In this document: in pieces, positions 13,024-25,182 of the stretch | Layout of the letters: each line of letters begins with the position of its first letter | Position numbering within the stretch: the stretch's first letter is position 1 | Assembly: GCF_004010195.1 (NCBI RefSeq) | Contig: NC_057719.1 | Coordinates: 94,679,775-94,743,774 of the forward strand | Length of the DNA: 64,000 bases | Origin: Chiloscyllium plagiosum | Taxonomy: Eukaryota | Direction: 5' to 3' | Translations under genes and position numbers: made by a program | Notes under the pieces: generated by a model | Told to the model about the DNA's origin: nothing | Database searches by the model: none | The model's input: the letters and a program-made list of their open reading frames with translations, nothing else

Positions 13024-13699
13024 AGAAGAGCAAAGGATGGCAAGGGGAAATGGATAAAACCTTTTCAACTTACCTTTCAAAGGTACCTTCATCCAGATGA
13101 TGGCTCAAGATACCTCTGAGGGGCTGTGATGTACGATTCCTTGAAGAGCCTGGCTGATTCCAGTAAAATTGCAGAGGACTAGGAGATGCTTATCCCTCAA
13201 TGTATCCAGCCAGGTCAGGAGTGTAGGTAATGGGCTCATAATCACTGCCATTCTGCATCCTTTAAGAAATACTGGGGGAACAAAAAATCCTGAAATCTGG
13301 TTCCGGGTACCATATTTTTAGGTCCACAGTGACCACCGAGCCACGTAAAGACTAGACTTATATTTTGTGGATCTATCCAAAATAAATTTGAATAAGGCTA
13401 CTGCAACTTATCCCAACAAAGATGCAAAAGAAATCATCTGAAAAATTAGCATTTCTCCCATTTTTCTGATCTGAGTTCAAACTGTGGCCAAACAAGACAG
13501 AATAACAATTTGGGTAAGTAACTTTATACGAAGTTTATGGAATAGAAATCGTGTGATGGACTTCAACAAAAACATATGTACAATTCTTTTTACTGTTCAG
13601 CTATGCAGGGTTATTATTCTTGAATCTCTATTACCAAGCCATATATTTGATTGATTCAAAAAAGATTATTATGGGACAGACACAAGCTCCGTTTTTGCA

Positions 13700-14240
13700 A
13701 GAATATAAGAGGGGTCCGGCAGCATCCATGGGGAGAGACCAAGCTAACGTTTCGAGTCCAGATGACTCTTCATCAGAACTGAAGTATGGAAGGGCAGTAG
13801 TTATACAATAGTTGGGGAAAGGGTAGACTGCTGGGTGAGCGAGGATGTTGATAGTTCAGAGTAAGAAGTGTGTCTAACTGCCAGACTGGAAACAACAGAC
13901 AGCCCCAGGGGGGTAGAGGGAGAGGACAGAGGGTGACAGGGAATGTAACAAGAAAAGGTAACAAAAGGGAAGGAATGGGAGTCGGTTCACAATTTTAAGG
14001 CATTGAATTCCATATTAAGTCCAGAACTCTGTAAAGTGCCTGCTCTGAAGATGTGATGTTGTTCTTCCAGTTTGTGCTTTAATTCACTGGAGCATTGCAG
14101 CATGCCGAGGACAGACATGTGGGCACACAAGCAGGATGCTGTGTTAAAATGACTGGCTGCAGGATGGTCAGGGTCACAGTTGCGCACAGACCAGAGATAT
14201 TCTGTAAAGTGGTTACCCAGTCTGCATTTGGTTTCTCCAG
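13700..14240 (-). mobile_element. Penelope-like element 3' part (GIY-YIG C-terminal half, 3' UTR, hammerhead)
   Basis: GETKCRLGNHFTEY..ASHFN..KLEEQHHIFRAGTLQSSGLNMEF; continues at 19501 across a CR1 insertion. Confidence 0.85.
13742..13780 (-). ncRNA. Minimal type I hammerhead ribozyme of the PLE terminus
   Basis: AGUU-CUGAUGA-A-GAGUC-AUCUG-GACUC-GAAAC-GUU-AGCU: perfect core, 5-bp stem II, 4-bp stem I, AACGUU palindrome. Confidence 0.75.
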
Positions 14241-14488
14241 TGCTGGAAAGTTTGGCAAACATTAAGATTGATAAGTCCCCAGGGCCAGACCAGATTTATC
14301 CTAGGCTGCTCCGGAAAGTGAGAAAGGAGGTTGCTAAGCTGCTGGTGACGATCTTTGCTTCATCACTCTCCATTGGAGTCGTACCCGGGGATTGGAAGAA
14401 GGTTAATGTTGTTCCTCTTTTCAAGCAGGGAATGGGGAAATCCCTGGTAATTACAGACCAGTCATACGTCTGTGGTCAGCAAAGTTTT

Positions 14489-17410
14489 ACATAGACATAG
14501 AAGAATACAGCGCAGTACAGGCCCTTAGGCCCTCGATGTTGCGCCGATCCAAGCCCACCTAACCTACATTACCCACTNNNNNNNNNNNNNNNNNNNNNNN
14601 NNNNNNNNNNNNNNNNNNNNNNNNNNNNNNNNNNNNNNNNNNNNNNNNNNNNNNNNNNNNNNNNNNNNNNNNNNNNNNNNNNNNNNNNNNNNNNNNNNNN
14701 NNNNNNNNNNNNNNNNNNNNNNNNNNNNNNNNNNNNNNNNNNNNNNNNNNNNNNNNNNNNNNNNNNNNNNNNNNNNNNNNNNNNNNNNNNNNNNNNNNNN
14801 NNNNNNNNNNNNNNNNNNNNNNNNNNNNNNNNNNNNNNNNNNNNNNNNNNNNNNNNNNNNNNNNNNNNNNNNNNNNNNNNNNNNNNNNNNNNNNNNNNNN
14901 NNNNNNNNNNNNNNNNNNNNNNNNNNNNNNNNGGCCCTCGTTGTTGCGCCGATCCAAGCCCACCTAACCTATACTAACCCACTATATTCCATATACCTAT
15001 CCAATGCCCGCTTAAATGCCCATAAAGAGGGAGAGTCCACCACTGTTACTGGCAGGGCATTCCATGTACTAACGTCTCGCTGAGTGAAGAACCTACCCCT
15101 ACCTTCAGTCCTATATCTACCCCCCCCTTACTTTAAAGCTATGCCCCCTTGTAATACCCGACTCAATACGCGCGACAAGGTTCATACTGTCGACCCTATC
15201 TCACCCCCTAATCATCTTGTACACCTCAATCAAGTCGCCCCTAAACCTTCTTTTCTCTAGTGAAAACAGCCCCAAGTGCCTCGGTCTTTCCTCATACGAT
15301 TTTCCTTCCATACCAGGCAACATCCTGGTAAACCTCCTCTGCACCCGTTCCAGTGCCTCCACCTCCTTCCTATAGTATGGCGACCAAAACTGCACACAAT
15401 ATTCCAGATGTGGCCGCACCAGAGTTTTATACAACTGCATCATGACCTCAGGACTCCGGAACTCAATTCCTCTACCAATAAAAGCCAGTACGCCATATGC
15501 CTTCCTCACCGCACTATTTACCTGGGTGGCAACTTTCAGAGATCTGTGTACATGGACACCAAGATCCCTCTGCTCATCCACACTACCAAGTATCCGACCA
15601 TTAGCCCAGTACCCCATCTTTTTGTTATTCTTCCCAAAGTGAATCACCTCGCACTTAGCTACATTGTATTCCATCTGCCACCTTTCTGCCCAGCTCTGCA
15701 GCTTCTCTATATCCTGCTGTAACCTGCCACATGCTTCCTCACTGTCAACAACTCCTCCGACTTTTGTGTCATCCGCAAACTTGCTCACCCAACCTTCTAG
15801 CCCCTCTTCCAGGTCATTTATAAAAATGACAAACAGCAATGGTCCCAAAACAGATCCTTGCGGAACACCGCTAGTGACGGCACTCCATGAAGAAACTTTG
15901 CCATCAACTACTACCCTCTGTCTTCTTCCATCCAGCCAATTCCTAATCCAAACCTCCAACTCACCCTCAATGCCATATCTCGTATTTTCTGCAGTAGCCT
16001 ACCATGGGGAACCTTATCGAACGCCTTACTAAAATCCATATATACCACATCTACCGCTTTCCCCTCATCAACCTCCTTCGTCACCTTTTCAAAGAATTCA
16101 ATAAGGTTTGTTAGGCACGACTTGCCCTTCACAAAACCATGCTGACTATCCTTGATCACATTATTCCTATCCAGATGTGCATAAATCCTATCCCTTACTA
16201 TTCTCTCTAAGACTTTGCCCACAACAGAAGTGAGACTCACCGGCCTATAGTTACTGGGGTTATCCCTACTCCCCTTCTTGAACAAGGGAACCACATTTGC
16301 TATCCTCCAGTCTTCTGGCACTACTCCAGTAGACAAAGAGGACATAAAGATCAAGGCCAATGGCTCTGCAATCTCCTCCCTTGCTTCCCAGAGAATCCTA
16401 GGATAAATGCCATCAGGCCCAGGGGACTTATCTATTTTCACCTTTTCCAGGATTTCCAACACCTCTTCTCTACATACCTCAAAGCCATCCATTCTCCTTA
16501 TTTGTGACTCAGTATTCACATCGACGATAATGCCCTGTTCCTGAGTAAATACTGAAGAAAAGTATTCATTCATTGTCTCCCCAATCTCTTCCGCCTCCAC
16601 ACGCAACTTCCCCCTACTATCCTTGACTGGACCTATTCCTACCCTAGTCATTCTTTTATTCCTGACATACCTATAGAAAGCCTTAGGGTTTTCCCTAATC
16701 CTATCTACTAAGGACCTTTCATGTCCCCTCCTTGCTGCTTTTAGCTCTCTCTTCAGGTCCTTCCTGGCTTCCTTATAACTCTCAATCGCCCCAATTGAAT
16801 CTTCACGCTTCATCTTTACATAGGCCGCCCTCTTCCCTTTAACAAGGGATTCCAATTCCTTATTAAACCACGGCTCCCTCACACGACCCTTTCCTCCCTG
16901 CCTGACAGGTACATACTTATCAAGGACACTCAATAGTTGCTCCTTGAACAAGCTCTACATATCAATTACGCCCTTACCTTGAAGCCTACTATTCTAAGCC
17001 ACGCATCCTAAGTCATGCCTCACTGCATCATAATTTCCCTGCCCCCAGCTATAACTCTTGCCCTGCAGTGCACACTTATCCCTCTCCATCACTAGAGTAA
17101 AAGTCACCGAATTGTGTTCACTGTCCCCAAAATGTTCACCTACCTCTAATTCTAACACCTGGCCTGGTTCGTTACCCAGAACCAAATCCAGTATGGTGTG
17201 GATCTTCTCCTGCGTGCTTTTATAGGGAAATAACCTACCCAGCTGCCCCTCTGGTCTTCGTCACTTCCCCCTGCTGCTCCGGCTCTTTCTGTGAAGAGAA
17301 AACAAACACCGCTGCCCACTACCGGTTATTAATTTTAAAACAAACTGTCTCACCTTAGCTGTAGCCTTCCGGGTTCCTTTACACTCTGCTGCTGCTCGCA
17401 CTCAAAACAA
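14489..17410 (-). mobile_element. Young CR1 LINE nested in older CR1
   Basis: Long ORFs 15911..16951 and 15201..15959 (KSPGPDG, QHGF, PQGSVLGP, FADDTK); putative 5' UTR at 17200-17410; 3' tail at 14489. Confidence 0.92.
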
Positions 17411-17995
17411 AATGAAAAAAAAAATTTAAAAAAATTAAAAAAAAATTTTGGAAAGAATTCTGAGGGATAGGATTTATGACTATTTGGAAAAGCATAGTGT
17501 GATTAAAGGCAGTCAGCATGGCTTTGTGAGGGGCAGGTCATGCCTCACAAATCTTACTGAGTTCTTTGAGGAGGTGACCAGACAGGTCAACAAAGGTCGA
17601 GCAGTGGATATGATGTATATGGACTTCAGCAAGGCATTTGATAAGGTTCCCCGTGGTAGGCTCATTCATAAAGTCAGGAGGTATGGGATACAGGGAGATT
17701 TGGCTATTTGGATTCACAATTGGTTGGCTGACAGAAGGCAGAGTGTGGTTGTAAATGGAAAGTATTCTCCCTGGAGGTCAGTGGTGATTGGTGTCCCACA
17801 GGGCTCTGTTCTTGGGCCTCTACTCTTTGTAGTTTTTTATAAATGACTTCGATGAGGAGGTTGAGGGGTAGGTTAGTAAATTTGCCGATGACACAAAGGT
17901 TGGAGGTGCCATTGATAGTATCGAGGGCTATTGCAGGCTGCAGCATGACAGACAGGATGCAGGGTTGAGCTGAGAAATGGCAGGTGGAGTTATCC

Positions 17996-18711
17996 TTAGT
18001 TAGTAAGTTTGCAGATGACACCAAAATTGGAGGTGTAGTGGACAGTGGAGAAGGTTACCTTAGATTACAAGAGGATCTTGATCAGATGGGCCAGAAGTGG
18101 CAGATGGAGTTTAATTCAGATAAATGTGAGGTGTTGCATTTTGGGAAAGCAAATCTTAGCAGGACTTATACACTTAATGGTAAGGTCCTAGGGAGTGTTG
18201 CTGAACAAAGAGACCTTGGAGTGCAGGTTCATAACTCCTTGAAACTGGAGTCGCAGGTAGATAGGATAGTGAAGAAGGTGNNNNNNNNNNNNNNNNNNNN
18301 NNNNNNNNNNNNNNNNNNNNNNNNNNNNNNNNNNNNNNNNNNNNNNNNNNNNNNNNNNNNNNNNNNNNNNNNNNNNNNNNNNNNNNNNNNNNNNNNNNNN
18401 NNNNNNNNNNNNNNNNNNNNNNNNNNNNNNNNNNNNNNNNNNNNNNNNNNNNNNNNNNNNNNNNNNNNNNNNNNNNNNNNNNNNNNNNNNNNNNNNNNNN
18501 NNNNNNNNNNNNNNNNNNNNNNNNNNNNNNNNNNNNNNNNNNNNNNTTGCAACATTTAAGAGGCATTTGGATGGGTATATGAATAGGAAGGGTTTGGAGG
18601 GATATGGGCCGGGTGCTGGCAGGTGGGACTAGATTGGGTTGGGATATCTGGTCAGCTTGGACGTGTTGGACTGAAGGGTCTGTTTCCATGCTGTACATCT
18701 CCATGACTATG
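17996..18711 (+). mobile_element. CR1/HER1-type 3' fragment nested in CR1 (spans gap)
   Basis: SKFADDTKIGG..; tail GGGTCTGTTTCCATGCTGTACATCTCCATGACTATG, same subfamily as 32150 and 59993. Confidence 0.85.
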
Positions 18712-19500
18712 AAATGTGAAGTGATGCATTTTGGAAGATCAAACTTTAGCACTGAATATCGGACTAAAGACAGGATTCTTGTCAGTGTGGAGGAACAGAG
18801 GGATCTTGGTGTTCAAGTGTATAGATTCCTCAAAGTTGCCACCCAAGTGGATAGAGCTGTTGAGAAAGCACATGGTGTTTTGATCTTCATTAATAGGGGA
18901 TCGAGTTTAAGAGTCGCGAAGTTTTGATGCAGCTGTCCAAGACCCTTGTGAGACCACACTTGGAATATTGTGTCCAGTTCTGTTCTCCCTATTGTAGGAA
19001 AGATATGGAGGCTTTGGGGAGGGTGCAAAGAAGGTTTACCAGGATGCTGCCTGAACTGGAGGGCTTATTGTATGAAGAGAGGTTGACTAAGCTCAGACTT
19101 TTCTCTCTGGAGAGAAGGAGAAAGACAGATGACCTGATCGAGGTATACAAGGTAATGAGAGGGATGGATAGAGTTGCTAGCAAGAGACTTTTCCTCAGGG
19201 CAGGATTGACTGGCACAAGGGGTCATAGGTTTAAGATATTAGGAGGAAGGTATAGAGGAGACATCAGAGATAGGTTTTTTATGCAGAGAGTTGTGAAAGC
19301 ATGGAATGCGTTGCCAGTGGTGGTGGTGGTGTTCGAAGCAGAGTTATGAGGGATATTTAAGTGACCGCTGGACATGCACATGGACAGCAGTGAATTGAGG
19401 GGTGTGTAGGTTAGGGTATTTTATTTTAGATTAGGAATAATCTTTGGGACAACATCGTGGGCTAAAGGGCTTGTTCTGTGCTGTACTTTTCTATGTTCTA

Positions 19501-20465
19501 ATGTAGCTTAGGCCACATTGGGTGCAGTGAATACAACACACAAGATTGGAGGAGGTACAGGTGAAATGCTGCTTCACCTGAAAAGACTGTTTAGGTCCTT
19601 GCATATAAAAAGGAAGGAGGTGAAGAGACAGGTGTTGCACTTTCTGAGGTGATGTTGGAGGTTAAGGAATAGACTAGGATGTCCCTGTGAAATGCAGTCG
19701 GGGGAGTGAGGGAAAGATGTGTTCGGTGGTGGTGTTGTGCTGGAGTTTTCCGAAATGTTGGAGAAGGATCCTTTGAATGCGGAGGCTGGTGGCAGGAAAA
19801 GTGAAGACAAAGGACCTAATCATTCTGTTGTGAGTAATGTGAAGGAGCAAGGATGGAAGCACAGGTAATAGGTCAGATGCAGTTGAGGGCCCGCAAATCA
19901 CAGTTATAGCAGAAGCAAGCCATTTTGGAAGGTGGCATCACCTGAACAGATATGATGTAGGCAAAGGAACTGGGTGAATGGTGTGGAATCCTTACAGGAT
20001 GTAGGGTATGTAAGTCTCTAGTGAATGTAGTTATGGGAGTCAGTGGCTTTGGAACAAGATTTGTTCCACATACCCCATAAAGAAGCAAGCCTGTGGATGC
20101 CCACAGCTACTCCTGTGACTTGGCACAAGTGAGATAAATTAAACGAGAAATTGTTCAGTGAGAGAACAAATTCAGCCAAGTGGATTGAACAATCCCTATC
20201 CACCACCACTCTCCTCTGCTTGGCTGAATCATTGTTCCACTCCTACATTGGCCCCCTCCCACAATTCTCTTTTCGATACATTGATGATGTTTTAGTGCTG
20301 CTATAAGCTCCCGCCTGCACCTTGAAAAATGTGTTCATTTTGCTTCCGAGTTCACTCCTCTATAACTTGCACGTTGTCTATTTCCAACACTTCCCTTCCT
20401 TTCCTTGATCTCTCTGTCTCCATTTTGGGGAATAAGTTGTCCACTGCCATCCACTCCAAAGCCAC
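19501..20465 (-). mobile_element. Penelope-like element 5' part (RT, linker, GIY motif), internally rearranged
   Basis: Minus strand LAEFVLSLNNFSFN..GVAVG, KATDSHNY, CTQCGLSYI; plus strand 20228-20465 has QFSFRYIDD. Confidence 0.82.
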
Positions 20466-23091
20466 ATTATACTTTCCATAAGGTTGATGAAAGTGGTGAT
20501 GGTGAATGAGTTCCAAATCGGATGGACCCTTGTGGGAAATAGTATGACCACTGTGACAGAGTAGAAGCCTTAAACTCAGACTGACTGGATTGCCCTGCAA
20601 AGAGCTGGCATAGGCTCAATAGGCTGAATGGTCTCCTCTTTCAGAGAAACATGTGACACATCCACCTCTCCCTTTGGTGCATTGAAATCCTACAGATTGC
20701 CCGTTTTACTACCGTTCCTTATTATGGGAAATTATATGCTGTTGGATTCCATATTAACAATGGATTTTATTTTCATTTGTTCATGTTCATAACTGCTCCA
20801 CCTTGATAAGTGACTCGAGAAATGCTCTTCATTGTCTCAATTTTTGGGGACAGTTGCAGGTGAGTTTGTGATGGAGTTGTAGATTGCAGAGTTTGTAGGA
20901 GACATCCCAATTCAGCTGTTATGGTTTCAGAATGGTATTTGGCAATATTCCTTGAGCACTACTTTGCCATTTGGGAAACCATTTTGAGCTGCTTGGGATC
21001 CAACCTGCAGACCATTTGATCCCTTACCCCACTGCAAGTAGATGCAAGAGCGCGAATATAAATTACAAGGATATGAGGAGGAATCATCAGATGAAACAAG
21101 GGCATTAAAATCAACAATTCTCTGTCCTTAGTGTAGCACGCAAATGGATCTCTTAATCCCTGCTTGTACAGAGGTTTTGCACAATTAGAGTGGGAGAACA
21201 TAACACTGGGTCATAGCATGGGAACAAGTTAAATTAAATTCTGCACTGACTAACTTTTGTCACTAGATGGGGCCACGCCATTTAAAAATACAGGCGAGCT
21301 GATGTTTTAAATTTTAAGCCGTTTTGTTCAGTGGTGTATATTCTAGTTCTTTTATATTGAATGATCCATTTAATTTTGTAAATCATTTCAGCTCAAAATG
21401 CAGTGCTGTACATATATGGTACAGTTTTTCAACTTGTATACTCTTTATTTCAAGCAAAATCTGAAGGAACCGAACTCTCAGTTTAACAGGGAGACAACAA
21501 TTCACTTCAAGTCATTTTGCTGAACATTAGGTTATTCAGGAACACAACCACAACTCTGAGTGAACGCTCCCTGCGTGCATTGGTTTTGATTTGATTGTTA
21601 AAGGAAAAACTATAAAAAGGGGAAATCTTATCCACTGGAATTGTTCAGTAAATTCAGATCTAAACAGGGATTATAATGATTTTTCATGAGGTATGAGTGT
21701 CACTGACTGGGTCAGCATTTATTGCTTATTTCTACTGCCCTTGAGAAGGTGGTGGTGTAATATAGTGATCCTTAAAAATAAGTAGTTGGTTTCTACTTGT
21801 TCAAGGCATTTAGGTTTTAAAGCTTCTGAAAAAAATCAAACTGCAGCGTAAAGTTTTATGGAATCATGGAATGTCACAAGGCTCAAACAGATCTCTGGGT
21901 TCATTGTAACTGTGAGGATGTTTCATTTTTTTTGTTTCTTAGTCCCTCTTTGCTTTACTCTTTCTGTTTATTTTCCAGCTAATATTCAACTTCAATGAAA
22001 ATAATTACAAGAATCAATTCAATAATTGGTTTTATCAGAGAATACTAATTATTTATAACCTCCTTTTAGTTTATTTGATGATTTTAAAATGTGAGCCCTT
22101 ATAGCTATTGGCCAATCTTAACTAGCACCCTTACCATTATTTGCCTCATAATTAAGTCTTGGTAATCCTCCTGATAATCCTGGAAACCTTCATCTGGTCA
22201 CCCACAACCACATCAACTCTCTTAAAAAAATTGACCTTGTCCACCCCAGTCCTACGCTGGCACCTCCTCATCATGAACTATATCTTAGCGTGGTCTTCTT
22301 GTTTTGGTTTTTTAAACATGGTCTGATTAAAATCTATCAATCTCAGTTTTGAAATTCTGACCATGATAACCCAACTGCAAAAAACTGTAACTTACAATCT
22401 ACCACAGTAGATTTCAATGTGGGATCTGACATGCCCAGTAACACCAACAGCTGGGATCCTAGCATTGGATAACATGACATATAATAACTTACGAGCATGT
22501 GAAAGATAATAAAACATTTTTCTATTCAGACTATTGACAAGTTGCTCTTACATTTATCTCAACATTTATTTTCTGTCAAAAATGGTAACCGCAGTTTAAA
22601 GTTAAGCTTCCAAGACAGTTTATGGAATGCCTACAGAGGACAGAAAGGTCTGAGGTTCTGTCTAATGGCTACGCTGTCAGCTGATCTCAATTAAAACAAC
22701 CATTGAAGTGTTTCTGGATCTGACTCGTCTTGGGTTAGGGATGAACACTCTCTAGCAACTATTGTTGTGAATGTTCCCTTACAATGAGGGAAAAAATTGC
22801 ACTCAATAATGATAAATCCCTCCCATGTTATGTCATCTTGATACTCATGAAGTTCAGATTTGTTTTGAGCAGTACCAGGCAGTGCCTAGTTTAGTCCATA
22901 GTTGATGTCTTCATGAGAGGAGAGAGTGCATTAATCAAAATCTCCAAGAAAATGTACAACTCCAATATTTTTGTGGTAATTTTCTCCAAGAGAAATTGCC
23001 ATAATAAATTAGTCCTAGCCTGTTTCATGTAATCATTTATTTAACACAATCATATATTTTTTAAAAAGCTTGCATTTCGGGAGACTAATTA

Positions 23092-23309
23092 AAAGCCGAA
23101 AGAACTGCAGATGCTGTAAATCAGAAACAAAAACAGATGTTGCTGGAAAAGCTCAGCAGGTCTGGCAGCATCTGTGCAGAGAAATCAAAGTTAACAATTC
23201 GGACCCAGACTCTTCTGAGGAAGTGTCACTCAACCTGAAACATTAACATTGATTTGTCTTCACAGATACTGTCAGACCTGCTGAGCTTTTCAAGCAACTT
23301 CTGTTTTTG
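23092..23309. mobile_element. PLE-terminus-derived inverted-repeat element with degenerate hammerhead
   Basis: Arms GAAAAGCTCAGCAGGTCTG / CAGACCTGCTGAGCTTTTC; CTGAGGA..GAAACATT at 23214-23244; flanking TTGCATTT direct repeat. Confidence 0.7.
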
Positions 23310-24242
23310 TTGCATTTTAAGAGGTTCGTTATGCAATTTTGTGTTGAAATATTATCCTGTTTTTCTTTGTCCAATATATACTGGCACTTTAAAAAAGAAA
23401 ATCAAAATAATCTGTTCTCCTTGTTAATTTTTACTTATCCTAAATTCATGGAAAAAAACTGTATTTTCTGAAAAATGGAATTTTAATCAATGTGTGATTG
23501 CCCTAAGTTTTTCTTTAGCAGGTCACAATATATTAGGCTCAATTATATTTGCTGCAACATATGCAAATAATTTACATCTGCAGGCTTTTGCTTGAATAAC
23601 ACTTTAAAAATTTACTTCATTCTGTTGTAGGAAATACTTTGGTAACAATATTTTGTTATATGGAATTGAAGGCAGCTCTATCATCCAGAGTTATGTTTGG
23701 TAATGGATGATTTATTAACTAGTGTTACTTAGCGACACTCCTTCAGTTTCAGAAAAACAAGTGCCTGATGGAATATACCTTTTGGAATATATCTTTTGTC
23801 TATTCTAAGGTATGAGTTATGTGAATCTCAGCTTCTCTGTTGCACTTTAATTCCATTGTCTGACTGAAAACACTCAGGTAAGGCAAAATGATCAAGGCTC
23901 ACCCTGGAGGACTACTGTCTTTATTTAACTGTTTATGGTGATCATTTCCACCCTCAGTTATCAATTCCACTCTTTCTGTTCTTAATACACACTTCTTATT
24001 GTAAGAAATAACAATCAATTTTTTTTAATGGTAAGATCTTAAATCTTATATCGATTCTATATTTTTGCATTATGAATGGTCTGTTAACAGATAAGGATGT
24101 TTTTGTGAGGACATTCTGGATGTATTAGCCTCATCAGGGTGCTAAATGAGTTTTACTTTCTGAAATAGTTTTGCTACTCGCACTTCCAAGAGACATGATA
24201 ACTTGAACCAGATGTATTGGAATCATGGTCTTATTTTGTTTA

Positions 24243-24412
24243 AAAGCAAAATATCAAAACAAACACAGAGTGTGCCAGGGAACTTAGAAGGTCAGGCAGC
24301 ATCTGTGGAGAGAGAAACAGGGTTAATGTTTCAGGACCAGTATAACTCTTCTTTCAGAACTTCTGAAGAAGCAGACTACTGGACCTGAAAGGTTGACTCT
24401 GTTTTTCTCTCA
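24243..24412. mobile_element. Decayed PLE-terminus inverted element
   Basis: GGTCAGGCAGCATCTGTGGAGAGAGAAACAG..TTCAGAA then TTCTGAAGAAGCAGACTACTGGACCTGAAAGGTTG. Confidence 0.6.
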
Positions 24413-24639
24413 CTTGGTTGGTTGTGTAAGCAGTTTTTTTGATTTGATTTATTTGATTATTTATTGTCCCATGTATTTTATTACAAAATACAATGAAAAC
24501 TGTTGTTTAGTGTGACCACTCTCCAACTCCACCTTAAAACACAGAAAAATAAACCACTGAATATAAAAACAGGAAAAATAAAAAAAAGAAAAAGTGTTCA
24601 GCTTTCCAGTTCTTCTTGTTCAATGCTGGGCGATAGCCA

Positions 24640-24982
24640 TGAAACATCCATGGATGTTGGATATCATTGGCAAAGCCACCATTTTCTACATATTCCTATT
24701 TGTGCCCAAACTGAGTGGCTTGCTCTGTCATTTCAAAGGGTAAGGAAAAGCCAAGTACATTGCTATGGGTCTGGAGTCACATGTAACCTAAAATAAGTGA
24801 GTGAAGCCAATAGGTCTTTATCAATGCCAGTTTGATGCTCACTATCACTAGCTTTCAATTTTATTTGTTTTTAATTGAATTTAAATTCCACCAGCTGCGG
24901 TGTAGAATTTGAATCTGTGCCGACTGACCATTCGCCAGAATCTCTGGATTGCTAGTCAAGTGACATTGCTGCTTGCCATTAT
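24640..24982 (-). mobile_element. Decayed tRNA-headed SINE (second family)
   Basis: Reverse complement resembles 42524-42935 (TGACTCCAGACCCATAGCAATG, TGGAATTTAAATTCAATT). Confidence 0.6.
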
Positions 24983-25182
24983 CCTTCACTTTATGAAGTC
25001 AATCTTTCATGTCTGTGTTTCTGTTTGAATTATTTTATTTCAGTGGTCAGATTGTTTTAATGGTTCAGTCAAAAGTACCTGTGCTTCTTGAATACAAAGC
25101 TTAGCCAATTTTGATAATTGTCTATTTACAAGCTGCCTTTGCTGTCCATTCACTTTGTCATTTCCTGTTGATTTGTTTTTAG

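Larger units (their letters stand above)
14241..19500 (+). mobile_element. 5'-truncated CR1 LINE in three pieces (14241-14488, 17446-17995, 18712-19500)
   Basis: The pieces join colinearly (AAAGTTTT|GGAAAGAATTCTGAGG and GGAGTT..|AAATGTGAAGTG); same subfamily as 1815-4974; ends TTCTATGTTCTA. Confidence 0.85.

Noticed and set aside
9626..13360. Possible Harbinger-derived non-autonomous element
   Set aside because: Only a vague GGGCAGAATCTT terminus and decayed interior; no matching TIR pair or TSD could be established.
14489..14990. Duplicated CR1 3' tail on both sides of a gap
   Set aside because: Most likely overlapping contig ends or alleles rather than a biological repeat.
23631..23699. 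Plus-strand AG/GT-bounded open segment (KYFGNNILLYGIEGSS..)
   Set aside because: Short, no recognisable homology or partner exon; expected by chance.
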